A stretch of 56,185 nt of DNA, the filler included, from Sphacelaria rigidula (Eukaryota): NCBI GenBank assembly GCA_964200075.2. It is 5 parts of 5 records of this genome, joined end to end, with 100 filler letters (N's around TTAATTAATTAA, not from the genome) between each part and the next. Parts side by side here need not be neighbours in the genome. Positions count along the whole stretch, not along the records: positions 1 to 11,157 come from CAXNAA020005310.1; positions 11,258 to 22,414 come from CAXNAA020005311.1; 3 more parts are not named here. One strand, 5' to 3'. A program made the position numbers and the translations under genes. Positions 1 to 11,869 of this stretch are shown one piece after another. The notes beneath the pieces are model-generated. The model saw only the letters and a list, made by a program, of their open reading frames with translations. It searched no databases and was not told the origin of the DNA. Each line of letters starts with the position of its first letter. Position 1 is the first letter of the stretch.

Positions 1-71
1 GGGGAAAGCACTGTTTTAGGCTTGAACCTCATCTCGGAGTTAAACCTCAATTCACACAATTCGTTGCTGTT

Positions 72-163
72 AGAAGAAAGGACTTTTCGAGCACGAGGCA
101 AGTGCTACTGGAGAAGTCCCTCTTGGATAGTCCTCTTGTCCAGATCGTCTGACAGAGGCTACA
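72..163 (+). repeat. 5' LTR, 3' part only
   Basis: Aligns to the 3' end of the 4608-4867 LTR and ends in GAGGCTACA. Bases 1-71 do not match the LTR. Confidence 0.85.
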
Positions 164-366
164 ATATCCAGATATTCTTTTCGGCACTGTGTTGGAGGAG
201 TTTGGCTGAGGAGTGGGGCCGGAGCTGGAAGCCAGCTTAGCCTGCAGTCGGGAGAAGACCAAATTGAAGCCAACTTGAAGCGCACAGCAGTGGAGGACGC
301 TCCGTGGGGTGGAGGACGCACGCGTCAGGCAACATTCTCTCCGTGAAGTGGTGAATCCTAGACGAC

Positions 367-1189
367 ATGACCCAAGCGGCGGCAGCGTCACTGGTGTTAG
401 GTGAGCCACTAGAACCGCCAGAGTATGGCGAAGTGTGGACTGAGGAAGGCTCAAAAGTGTTTTTGGCCGAATATCTCGACTATTCAGAGAGGCTGCATTT
501 GGCCAATGCACAAGGAGTCAGAGGGCTTGCCAGGGTGAGAGTTGGACAACTGATCCGGACATATATCCACCGGTGCTTTGAAGGCATGTACAAGGACCGT
601 CGGCCTATGATTCTCGACGAATTGCTAGATGCTATGACGCAGCATGCCGGGTACACCACAACCAGCGACAAGCATGACACTGCGCGGGCTGCAGCAGATC
701 TACGGGAAGTTCTTACTATGTCAGAGAGCGGTGGAATATCCATCAAGGATCGTGCGATGATGGTCAATTCATCGATGGAAACGTTTTTCGCAGAAAATCT
801 CACGGTGCAAGCCATGTACCGTGCGAAGGGCAGGAGCTGGTTGCCAGGCCCGGCCGAGTCGGTTTGCGCAGCTTTTGTGGACGGGATTTCGCCTCCCCGG
901 AATTCAAGCCGTAAGTGAGAAGTGTATTAACGTGTATTCACGGCTGGAGAAAGAACCCGACGATGGTGTTCAAAAACGCTTTGATGCCGCCGACCAGTGG
1001 AGGGTCATTGAGGCACATGGCCGGCGTGATTCTGCTACAAGTGCAAGTGGTATGCGCCGCAAACAGCAACAGGAACAGGAACAGCAGCCATCTTCGCGAG
1101 CATCGTCCACTCGCGCGTGTTACAACTGCGGCGACACCGGGCACCTGATGAAGGGCTGCCCCAAGCCTCACGCCACGGCGCTGCTGTAG
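367..1189 (+). pseudogene. gag: Gypsy gag, frameshifted
   Basis: ORF 367-918 starts at ATG and shifts into ORF 821-1189, which has the zinc knuckle CYNCGDTGHLMKGC. Confidence 0.85.
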
Positions 1190-1639
1190 GAAATGCGCGA
1201 GATTCTTCAAGATCTCGAGGCGGTCGTCACGGTGGATGGGGGCGTGCCAACCAGGTACGCGGGCGCGGCGGCCGCGGTAGCAAGCAATCGGCGGCGGATG
1301 GTGGTTCCTCCGCAGGTATTTCTTCCACTACGTCATCAGGTGGTGACTCTGGATCTTATGCTCCGTTCGTAGCGGGGCGGACTGTGCACGTGGGAAATGC
1401 AAATACTTCGGTGGGGAGTGCTGGAGCGAATAGTTCGCAACCCCTCGGCCAGGCAGGATCCGTGTCTGGTGCATCTCCTACTGCTGCGACGGCTGTAACA
1501 GCGCCGTCCCCAAATTTGGCGACATGGTTTGGGTGCGCCGACGATTCGCTGCTATCGATGTCAAGTGCTGGGGGGCAGCCCCGGCGTCAGGTGACTCTTG
1601 GTATAGAACAGGGTTCTTCGGCAGGCGTGGTACCTGTCG

Positions 1640-2925
1640 ATCGCAAGGTTGAATGTTTACGCGCAGATCTTTCTCTACCTGGTCCCGTAGGTTCGTTCAT
1701 GGCACGCGTGCTTGTGGATTCCGGGTCCGCGCTCACGTCGATCGGTGTGGGGTTTCTTGAGCAAATGTCTTCGCAGTTTGGCGGCGCTCAGCTTCAGATT
1801 CCGTTCGAAAACGGACCGTAAACGGCGCAGACCGCCACGGGTGCTCCCGTGACCGTCACACATAAGACGGTGCCAATTACTGTTGGCGTGCGTACGCTGT
1901 GGGGGGTTGTGGAGTTGCAGCTCATCAATTTCGCTGTCACGCCCGGTAGGGACAACGTAGTTCTATTTGAAATGGTGACGATGAAGGAGCTCGGGATTGA
2001 TTTGTATCCGCTGGCGTTGGATACGCTACGCACGCGTGCTGTGCTGGTGCAAATCGGCGTGGAAACCTCAGCTATCTAGCTGCGAGGCGTGTGATCGTAT
2101 CCATACGGTCACCCCAGAGCGCCAATGAGGAGGAGACTCCTGCGGATGAAGCGGTGGAGCGCTTGGTGGACGGGGAGGGCCGACATGTTTATGGACTCTG
2201 CGGAAGGTAGAGATGCAATAGAACGTGCGCTTGGGAATAGCTTGCAGCAAGCCGAGCAGAAGGGCCTGCGCGCCGATGGAGCACATTGTTTGCGTGATAC
2301 TTTGGCTCGTCGCATGGATACCTTCCATCGTGCGCTGCGTTGTGACCCGCCTGTGCGCGTAGAGCTAATGAGGGTTCACCTCAAGCCACAAGCAAAGGCG
2401 GTGAAGGCCAAGACCAGACGTTACGATCGGGTCAAGACCGGGTGGTTTGCCTCATGCATCGCAGCTTTGGTGGCGTTTGGTTTGTTGGTTAGGAAAATGT
2501 AGGCTGTGTGGGTGAGTCCGGCGATGGCGGTGCCGAAAAGGGACACATTCCGTTTGGTCAGTGACTATCAGGCGGTGAACGCGCAAGTGGAACAGCCTCC
2601 GGGGGTGAGGCCAAGCCAAGGAGACATGCGAGAGTTGCTGGGAGCCCTATGCTTCGGCAAGTTGGACGTGCTACAGGGGTATTGGCAATTGCCTCTGCCG
2701 CCGGAGGCTCAGGGAATCTTTACGATCGTCACGCCTGACGGTTTGGTTACGCCTACTCGTGTTCCGCAGGGCTTGTTGAACGCCACGGCGTATTCCCAAG
2801 GTGTGCTGACCGACATTTTGCGAGGTCTGAAAAATATAGTGTGGGTGGATGACGTTATCTAATTTGCTGACACTGAAGAAGCATTGTTAGCTTTGCTTGA
2901 CGAAGTTCTTCGCCGCTTGGTGAAG
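1640..2925 (+). pseudogene. pol: Gypsy aspartic protease plus reverse transcriptase, disrupted
   Basis: Protease motif VLVDSGSALT. RT motifs FRLVSDYQAVN, LDVLQGYWQLPL, PTRVPQGLLNA and WVDDVI. In-frame stops present. Confidence 0.9.
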
Positions 2926-2929
2926 TTTC

Positions 2930-4529
2930 CTACTGTGCTTGTCCGTTCTATTCCTGTGTACAGCCCGTGTGATGCCGATGATTCGCTGCCCTCGTTAGAT
3001 ATCATTCGTACCGCGCAGCGAAAAACAGTCGGCGACGGTGTTAATTCTTTTCCTACGACTTTCAGTCAAGCTGCCTTGGCTGACGATGGTTTGTTCCGCG
3101 TGCGTGTTGGCAGTAGTGATGTTTCGTGGATTCCGTCGGATGATAAGGCTCCACAAACTCGCTTGATGGTGTGCGCTCACATACGGTCGGCTGTTCGCCG
3201 TGGTGTGGCGCCGACTCTGTTTAGTTTGAGAGAATACTGTGTGTGGCCTCACATGGATTCCCCCGTTCGCGAGTTCGTTCGCCAGTTTTTGCATTGTGTA
3301 GACACTCGTGCTGGTGCGATGGTACCTCATCCGTATGGCGATACTGTGCGTGGTACTGCGCCAGGTGAAGCTGTTCACTTTGATTTTCTGTACGTCGGAA
3401 GTCGCGGACCCAAAAGTGCTAATGGTCTGCCTGATGAGGATGGTTTTCGGTACGTTTTGGTTGTCATGGATGCTTTGTCCAATTTCGTTTTCTTGGAGTC
3501 GACCGAGGCTTGTACCGCCGAGGTTACGGCTAAGCACTTGTTCCATTGGTGCAAGAATTTAGGGGTGCCGCGTGTGTGGGTTAGTGATACCGCCACGCAC
3601 TTCAAGAACCGAGTGATCGCGCAGCTGAGCGATGCGCTCAAGGTGCAACACCAACTTGCTGTTGCATATACCCCTTGGTCAAATGGTGCTTGTGAACGCA
3701 TGGTGGAAGAGGTTTGTCGTGCGTTGCGGTCTATTTTGTCGGAACAGCGACCGCCGGTGTCTGAATGGGTTGATGTTTCGCCAGCCGCTCAGTGAGCATT
3801 GAATACTTATTTTCGTGAACGTCACCGCACCACTCCGTATTGTGTGATAATTGGGCGTGCGCCGCGTACAGCGTTTTCCGCGCTGGTTTCCGTCACTGGT
3901 GGCGAGTGGAACGTCGATGTCATGGATGCCGATTCGGTTCGTGACAAGGTTCGAGGCATCGTTGACGTGCAAATCCGGTTTTTTAACGAAGCACAAGCTG
4001 CTGTCGGTCTCGCAAAACCAAACGCAAGCTTGCTCAGGACCAGGCTGTGTTGCCCAAGTATGCAGTCGGCGATTTCGTTTTGCATACCCTTGTTCGTAGG
4101 CAAGGTGTGATGGCAAAGTTGATGTCCACGTGGACAGATCCGTGAGGAGTGGTCGGAGCCGATCACGCTCACGTGTATTCGGTGTAGAACACCGTTTCTG
4201 GCGCCGTGCACTCGGCTCATTTCGCTGGTTTACGTTTCTATGCTGACTCGCAGTTGCACACCGCTGCGGAACTAAACTTTGTATTTCAGCATTCGTATGC
4301 TCAAGGTGAATGTCGGATAAATGCTTTGGTGCACGTCGCTGAGGATGACAATGATGATGTCATTGCTTTGGTCGATTGGGAAGGGTTTGGTGCTGAAGAA
4401 CGTGGGTGGGAGTCTCTTCCCAATATTCATTCTTCTGCGCCTGAAGTTGTTTTGAAGGAACTGCGTAAACTGCAGTTGACTCGGGCGCTCACCAGTAAAG
4501 TAGCGTCGGAATATAGTATTTCATTATGA
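2930..4529 (+). pseudogene. pol: Gypsy integrase plus C-terminal chromodomain, disrupted
   Basis: Integrase motifs VHFDFLY, VWVSDTATHFKN and YTPWSNGACERMVEEV. Chromodomain-like ALVDWEGFGAEERGWE at about 4300-4470. Confidence 0.88.
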
Positions 4530-4607
4530 TCTCGCGCATGCGATTTTGCCTTGGTTTTTAATGGTTATCAAGCTCGTTGGTTTGTCTTGAACTCGCTTTG
4601 AGGGTGC

Positions 4608-4867
4608 TGTAGCCAAATGATTCCCAGCCGTAGATTTCAGTATAATCGTATGCATGATTGGAGCAGTGGCAGGGGACAGGGAAGCCTGGATTGATGGCCC
4701 TTATCAGCGTGGCTCCCTGCTGTCTGGCTCTTGATGTAGTCTGTTGAGGATCACTCCGTAATAGTAATGAGTCACAAGAAACGACTTGTCGAGCAGGAGG
4801 CCAGCGCTACTGGATGAGTCCCTCGTGGATAGTCCTCTTGTCCAGATCGTCTGGCAGAGAGGCTATA
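4608..4867 (+). repeat. 3' LTR, about 260 bp
   Basis: Runs TGTAGCC...GGCTATA and is homologous to the LTRs at 72-163, 6288-6796 and 7132-7388. Confidence 0.9.
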
Positions 4868-5253
4868 GCTATCAGATCCTGTGAAACGTGACTCAAATCC
4901 TATCGCCTTGTCTTTGCCAAATTTACGTTCGTTCCTTCGGTCGTTTTCCTGTTAGCACCTTGATTTCTACCTGAACCGAAAAGACGAGTCGACTGGGTTC
5001 ATCACCTCTAAGCCATTCGTTCAACAGCGTGGACGACTATTTGACGGCATTTGTCGTTGTATTTGATGAGAATCAATGTCGACAGCAAATCAATCAACGA
5101 CTAAATCGATTCGGGGAAAGATGTGGCCTCATCCCGTCCACTCAAGTGAAAGTGTGTGATTCTTGGCAAGCGGTACCCTTTGGGGCTGGGTTGATACCCT
5201 ACCTGCTTGTACCGGAACGTGAGATTGTGTATCGCCACGATCGATGACTAAGT

Positions 5254-5504
5254 GACTAATGCCGAGATAGCCCCCCCACAAAAAGTGCACGGGGGATCGT
5301 CCGACAAACCGGCTGCGATCCCACTATTGGGCTCATTTGCAGCAATGCCGCCCATATGAAAGGCTTGTAACAGTCCGAAATCAGCTATAACGCCCAAATG
5401 AGACGCGTCGTGCAGCACGAAACCAGCTCTAACGGCATTATTTATGGTCATCGCCTCCGTGCACTTTTTTGGCCGGTTCGGGGGGGGCTATCGCGGCACC
5501 AGTC
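5254..5504. mobile_element. MITE family A, copy 1
   Basis: Imperfect TIRs GACTAATGCCGAGATAGCCCCCCC / GGGGGGGCTATCGCGGCACCAGTC. Inverted homolog of 6404-6652. No clear TSD. Confidence 0.8.
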
Positions 5505-5633
5505 GGAAAACGTCATATCTCCGTGAAAAAAACGAAAATATTGTACGTACTTGCGCGCAGGAGATTCTGGTAAAACTTCGGCTAGATACCTCTGAAACTG
5601 GGCCTAGCCTGGCACTTCTTGTGTGACACCACT

Positions 5634-5705
5634 GCGCCCCGGTGGTCCAACAGATACACGAGCCTCTAATTACACAGGTCAAGAGTTCGAATCCCGACAC
5701 GTCCA
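5634..5705 (+). mobile_element. tRNA-derived SINE head
   Basis: A-box-like GGTGGTCCAAC and B-box GAGTTCGAATCC, with no intact cloverleaf. Confidence 0.5.
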
Positions 5706-6287
5706 GTGTTCTCCAGAGTCGTTTTTTTGTTTTTTCAGTTGTAAAAAAAAACGATCACGGTCGGGCATTTGATCAAGGGAAAGCATCGCAACCTCGTCCC
5801 AGTTGGATTCTTGTCCCTGTGTTCGTTATATGTGAATGGGCTCGGAAGTCCTCTCCCATGATAGAGCTGCTGACGAGCTTGATACCATCTCGCAGCATTC
5901 TCAGTGCACTTTTGACTCTGAGCGTCGAAGTCGTCATACTAAAACAAACTCAGAACATGCTCTCACCGCACGATATCATACTCACCCGATACTTGATCTA
6001 GTACAATACGGTCGTCGCCGAAAATGCGTCAACCGGCCAGCGGCGAAGCCATGCGTTACCAGCTTGGTCTGCAGTCAAGAGCGATATGCTCAAGTCGGGC
6101 TGATTTGAGAAGTTGTTGCGTGATGCGCGTCTGTACGCTTCAGGGCTAGTCCAGTTCGTATGCTCAATGCCCTCCATAGCTCTATCGGCTAAGAAGCTTG
6201 AGCATGATGGCCTGATTGCTATCGAATAAACCACATCAGATCGAACTCCCCACTATCATTGCTTATCTCGACTTATGGGGTCCACTC

Positions 6288-7388
6288 TGTAGCCTCTGCC
6301 AGACGATCTGGACAAGAGGACTATTCCCGAGGGACTCCTCCAGTAGCACTGGCCTCGTGTTCGACAAGTCATTTCTTCTCACTTATTAGTATCACGGAGT
6401 GATGACTGCTGACGAGATAGCCCCCCCCCGAACCGGCCAAAAAAGTGCACGGAGGCGATGATCATAAATGCCGTTAGAGCTGGTTTCTGCTGCTCGACGC
6501 GACTTGTTTGGGCGTTATAGCTGACTTCGGACTGCTACACTTCTCTCATATGGGCGAAAATTGCTGCAAACGAGCCCAATAGTGGGATCGCATCCGCTTT
6601 GTCGGACGGTCCCTGCTGCACTTTTCGTGGGGCGACTATCTCGGCATCAGTCTGATCCTCAGCAGACCACATCACAAGCCAGCAGCAAGGGGCCGCACAG
6701 ATAAGGGCCATCAATCCAGGATCCCCTGTCCCCTGCGACTGCTCCAATCATGTATGCGTTATACTGAAACCTACGGCTTGATATCATTCGGCTACATGAC
6801 CCCAAAGCGAGTTCCTGTATGTATTCAACGTGTCTTGCAAAAACAAATCGTGAGCCTTCGTCGGTCCATTCTTCGCCATACTTTGGCGGCTGTGCTGGCT
6901 CATTTAACACCAGCGGCGCTGCCGCCGCTTGAGCCATGTCGTCTGAACTTCAAATACTTCACGGAGATACTCTCACCCGACTTGTGCGTCCCCCAGCTCA
7001 CGGAGCGTTCTACCAATGCTGCCAGGCTGGTCTCCTCCTATCTTCGGGCTGACCTGGCTTTAAGCTGCAGCCCAATCTCTCCTCAGACAAAACTCCTTTA
7101 ACAGAGTGGCGGAAGAACAATATCTAGATATTGTAGCCTCTGCCAGACGATCTGGACAAGATGACTATTCACGAGGGACTCCTCCAGTAGCACTTGCCTC
7201 GTGCTCGACAAGTCCTTTCTTCTCACTTGTTAGTATCACGGAGTGATCCTCAACAGACCACATCACAAGCCAGCAGCAAGGGGCCACACAGATAAGGGCC
7301 ATCAATCCAGGATCCCCTGTCCCCTGCGGCTGCTCCAATCATGTATGCGATTATACTGAAGCCTACGGCTTGGTATCATTTGGCCACA
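6288..7388 (-). mobile_element. Internally deleted non-autonomous derivative of the same Gypsy family (LTR, gag stub, LTR)
   Basis: 5' LTR at 7388-7132 and 3' LTR at 6796-6288. The gag start MAQAAAAPLVLNEPAQPPKYGEEWTDEGS matches gag at 367. It is fused to GAACTCGCTTTG, the sequence preceding the 3' LTR in the long copy. Flanks ACTC/ACTT. Confidence 0.88.
6404..6652. mobile_element. MITE family A, copy 2, inserted in a Gypsy LTR with a 4-bp TSD (TGAT)
   Basis: TIRs GACTGCTGACGAGATAG / CTATCTCGGCATCAGTC. TGAT occurs at 6400-6403 and 6653-6656. The uninterrupted sister LTR has a single TGAT (GGAGTGATCCTC). Confidence 0.9.
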
Positions 7389-7391
7389 ACT

Positions 7392-10300
7392 TCAAAAACA
7401 ACAAAGGTGAAATCTGCACTCTGCCCGAGAGGAACTCGCGGTTTCTTTCGAAACTCTCTTTACCATAGATTTTCTTGAGAAAGCCCGCGTGTTGATCTTC
7501 TGATTGACGGTATCCAGATATATCACCGCTAGCAGCCGTCTCCCTGAAAAATGATACCGTAGGTGAATGTGCCTGCTGCTAGACAGGCTCAATTGATTTC
7601 TAGCCGAGTCGATCGCCGCCTTGTTGTTCCCGAAAGTCACCGATGATTCCCGGCCCCAAACTGGGCATTAATTGATTCAGAACCTCCCCCACGTTCAGGG
7701 CATATTTCACACCGTGTGCCCTTGCTACATGTTCTGCATCGGTGGTGAGTAGGGTGACGCACCTTTGCGTCCTAGGGAACCAGGACAATAGCGTACCTCC
7801 GTAGCAAATAGCTTCACGAAAAACGGAACGTCAGTCCTCCGCCTTATGGGCGTAGTCTGCGTCAACGTACGCATGGCAGTCAAACTCCACATGAACACGT
7901 ATCCCAGGTCGCTACTCTTCCTGAAAAGTGAACCCCAGTCCGATGTAGCATTCAAGTACTCGATTATCTTCTGTGCCGACTTGTAGTGAATCGGCTTGAG
8001 GTCATATGAAAACTGAGCAATTGCCCCAACTGCCTTCGCGATATCGGGCCTCGTCTGGGCCGATTTCCACGCCAGGCTCCTCACGATCTCACGGGAAGGC
8101 ACGTCCACTACATTCTCCTCTCCCCTTCCATGCCTCAGTCCTAAAGAAAGGGTAGCAGCAAGGGGACTGGTCCTCGAGACGTCAAAACGATTCATTACAC
8201 TCCGAATAAGGTGGGTTTGTAAATTCTACAAAACACCCTTTTCCAGATCCCTTTTGTAATCACTCTCAATGTATCACCCTATCGGCCTGAGATGTTTAGC
8301 GGGACATCTCTGATTGAGTACACTGACTATCACTGCAGTCACTTCCTTAGTAGCTGTTGTCATGATATCGTCCACATGAAAGATCATCATCGCCATAGCG
8401 TCTCCAGCAACCCTCAGTCGAAACACGCAGGGATCTACCAAGCATTGCTCGAAAGCACACTCCAGGGTTGACAAGAGTTGATATCATGCACGACCACTTT
8501 GCTTCGATCCTCGCAAGGCCTTATTGAATCGTACCACCTTACGAGATACTGATCCACAACCGGGGGGCGGGCGCAAGCAGATATGGGTGTCTACTCCAAA
8601 TTACCTCAAATCTCAGTCTAGCTTACATACCATAGCCACCACCAATCGGTTTGAAGTGGCTAATACCGGAGGGGCAGACGTCTCAAAGTAGTCTGCGTCC
8701 TCTAGCTGACTGTACCCAATTGCTGCCACCGGGCTTTCGCCCTGTCATCCATAGCATGTGAATCACCCTTTCACTTATACGACAACTGTCATCCATAATG
8801 TTACACCCCTTAGGAATTTCATCGCCTCCGCAAACGCTCCGGCAGCCATGAGTCCATCTACCTCTATCATCATCGCCACCATCCATACATCTGAGTATTG
8901 TGATGAATATAGATGATTTCCCCCCCTTTTTTGGGCCTGGTCCGGCGAAAATCCGGCGTGCTCCGTCCCGGCTTCGTAGGGATGCGAGGTCAATGGTCTT
9001 ATGACTATGGCATGCATGATCAGGAGTACACCCTCTTTACGGGGACCTCATGTAGTCACGAATTCAGCTGCTTCTTGACTTTCGCTCGTGCCTGAACTCT
9101 GCTTCGCCCAAGGTTCTCGCCATTTCCAGATCCAATCAGATTTGACTCCGGTTGGCGCGCCGCGATCCGCACGGCCGTTGAAAGTAAAACGCTTTTGCCC
9201 GATGCAGATGAACCGCTCCTCTCGAGTGAGAGGTCGCCGTCGGCAGACGGCTCACTACTCACCGATGGCAAACAAACACCTGAATAAGCAGTTTTGTTGC
9301 CGGGGGCCGGCTTATTTTCATCACCAAGAGAACCCTGCTCACCTTCACCACCATGGTATATACTCTTCGCCGGAGATGTCATTCGACGCTGATGGAGAAT
9401 TCCTCTCCCTAGTAGCAGTGATGGAGTCGATGGGGCAAAATCGGAATCATCTAGCCCTCCCGGCTCTGGAGTCTCCCAGCTCCGACGCTCCTCCCGACTA
9501 TGACTTCCCTCTCAGCTCCGAGGCCCCTGCCAGCTTCGGCGAAGCTGTGGCTGCTGCAGTTGTACCGGCGGCATCACCATGACCGATGGCGCCTTCCAGG
9601 TGACGTCCCTTGTTTCTTCTATTTTGTTCACCCGCGTCAGCATCCATGATGAATCGTGGGGGTAGTCGATGCCGGGCCCAAGGTAGAAGCTACTCTCGCA
9701 CGTGGGGAATGACTTTGACGGGCAGATCCAGCGGCGATACGCCGGACGAAGAAGCGGGTGCGTGATGTAGGTGCTGCCTTACCGTGCCACATCTTGTACA
9801 GTGACTTGTTTCGTAGGTTGGACGTCGTCGCGGTGTGATTCAGGGCGTCACCCGCCCAGTAAATTGCTTCAGCTCGGAGGGTCTCCGATGGTGGCAGCTT
9901 GACATGTGGAAAGAAGATGGGCCAGGATGCGAGCGGCACGTGCGGCGTGTTGAATGATCCCCAGAGCTCTCTCTGCAATGCCGTTCAGCTCCGGACACTT
10001 CGCGATGATGAATTCCTGCTTCATACAGTAATGCTCACACACACGTCTTCAGAGGCACCACAAAAAACTATCCTTCGTCGTCAGACTTCACCATCAGTAC
10101 TTCCGAAGGTACACCATCTTCACGTATATCAGCCAAAACCTTCAGTGGTATCGGACGTCCGCTCGAGGAAGCATTTCAATGCGTACCGAGTAAAGTCATC
10201 CTTCACTATCACCATGCACTTCTTCCCTAGCGAGGAAGGAGTTCTCTACGGACCTAAGATCAACAAAAACGCTTCCTAGCTTTTGATAGGCACGAGATTT

Positions 10301-11150
10301 GCGGCCTTTGGCGATCGTCTTCCGGTACCCCTCTGCCTTGGGGTATCCTGTACACGGTCTCAAGTCATCCAGTATTTCTGTACCTAGCGATTTGGCCGTC
10401 TCTCCCAACATAAACACGTCGGCGTGTCCCAGCACGCAGTTGAACACGTTGATGTCTACGGCGGTACACGTGGGTCAGCACTACCGGGGGCTGTCACGGG
10501 GAACGCTAGGGGAATAGGGCGTTGGTACCGATCCTAACCTCTCCTGATGGTTGCACGTCACGGAGCAAGCCAACTGATATAGTGAAATGAAAGGCTGCAC
10601 CACTATCAGCTGTTCATCTTTCAGGACCATCGTCACTTTTATTACGCTCTCCTACTTCATCCTTCTTACGCCGCATACCAGTCCACAAAGACGCGATGAC
10701 GTCGCCAGGGCCGCTGTGTGATTTCTTCGTGGCTGGAATGATGTATGTACAGTCGAATCATCGATGTCCTGGCTCTGAGCAACGGCGACACTTGTGCCGC
10801 ATGTCGTCGTACTTCTTGCCTACGTTTTGCGTACTGCTGTTTTGGCCGTTCGTGTCGGCTACAGTATCACTGTGAACACTCCCACCATCGTTGGCGTCAT
10901 TTCGATTGCGATGTCGGCGGGTGGGCTTGCTCGGAACGAGAGCTTGCCTTACGTTACGGTTCTTCGTACCATTTCTGAGTATAGCCTGTCTCCGCTCGAT
11001 GATTCTACCTCTATGCAAGATCGTGCGCTGCTCGTACTCGTAGTCGGTTGTGAGTACCTATACTATCTTGAGGTTAACATCTTCTGCAGGCATGTGAGCC
11101 ATCCTACGATAGGGGTGGGGGTATTTTGGGGCATTTGTTGCTCGAAATTT
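7392..11150 (-). mobile_element. Decayed Ty1/Copia retrotransposon (gag, integrase, RT, RNase H)
   Basis: Knuckle CRRCSEPGH near 10770. GAG-pre-integrase FNCVLGH. Integrase remnants at 9650-10300. RT FHVDDI and QTRPDIAKAV. RNase H SWFPRTQRCVTLLTTDAE and NKAAI...RHIHLRYHF. A PPT-like AGTGGGGAGT lies near 6245-6254, past the nested Gypsy. Confidence 0.9.
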
Positions 11151-11157
11151 CGAGTCA

Positions 11158-11257
11158 NNNNNNNNNNNNNNNNNNNNNNNNNNNNNNNNNNNNNNNNNNN
11201 NTTAATTAATTAANNNNNNNNNNNNNNNNNNNNNNNNNNNNNNNNNNNNNNNNNNNN
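11158..11257. other. Artificial contig spacer
   Basis: N44-TTAATTAATTAA-N44, which gives stops in all six frames. Confidence 0.98.
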
Positions 11258-11301
11258 TTGTGGGGTGGCTGTGGTGACGATGCGCTCGGCGTGCGGGCTG
11301 T

Positions 11302-11342
<41 letters not shown>

Positions 11343-11485
11343 ATCGCGAAAAGTGTCCTCGTGACGATTTTGTTATCTTTCATTGTCAAGTCTTTCGAGC
11401 CTCACGGCATTTGCGGTGTGATTTTTTTTTAATGTTAGGCCGGATGTTATGGCACACAAATGTTTGGCCCACGGATTGTTCACTT

Positions 11486-11869
11486 CGGGGACGTTTGATC
11501 CACTTTTTGACCCCCGAACAGGGAAAACCGCCCACGCACGTCTCGGACACTTTGCATCACCCTACAAAAGGAGCTTGGCCTATTTCTCAGATTCGCTTGG
11601 CTCCGAGGTTTCGAGATCGGCCGCTAGTCAATAATTTGTGTGCAATAATCTGTGTTAGCCAACACACGGCAGTTTGCCCAGTAATCTCTGGAGATCGCCG
11701 TAGATTTTATTGCACGCGGATTAATGTTCAGCGCCCACTCTCGAAACCTCGGAGCGAAGCGAATCTGAAAAGTGGGCTAGGCTTCTTCCTGTGGGTTGAT
11801 GCAAAGTATCCAAGATGTGTGTCGGCGATTTTCCTGTTTGAGGGTCAAAAAGTGGATCAAACGTCCCCG
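11486..11869. mobile_element. Foldback/MITE with long TIRs
   Basis: CGGGGACGTTTGATCCACTTTTTGACCC is mirrored at 11842-11869. Inner inverted similarity continues (TCAGATTCGCTT...CCGAGGTTTCGAGA). Confidence 0.85.

Larger units (their letters stand above)
72..4867 (+). mobile_element. Degenerate Ty3/Gypsy LTR retrotransposon with chromodomain (chromovirus-like)
   Basis: Domain order is gag (CCHC knuckle), protease, RT, integrase, chromodomain. A partial 5' LTR (72-163) matches the 3' LTR (4608-4867). Many stops and frameshifts. Confidence 0.93.

Noticed and set aside
905..1200. Programmed gag-pol frameshift or readthrough
   Set aside because: The element has many random stops and frameshifts, so these shifts cannot be told apart from decay.
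11202..11213. TTAATTAATTAA motif repeated four times at a fixed period
   Set aside because: It is a synthetic six-frame-stop linker inside N runs, not biological sequence.
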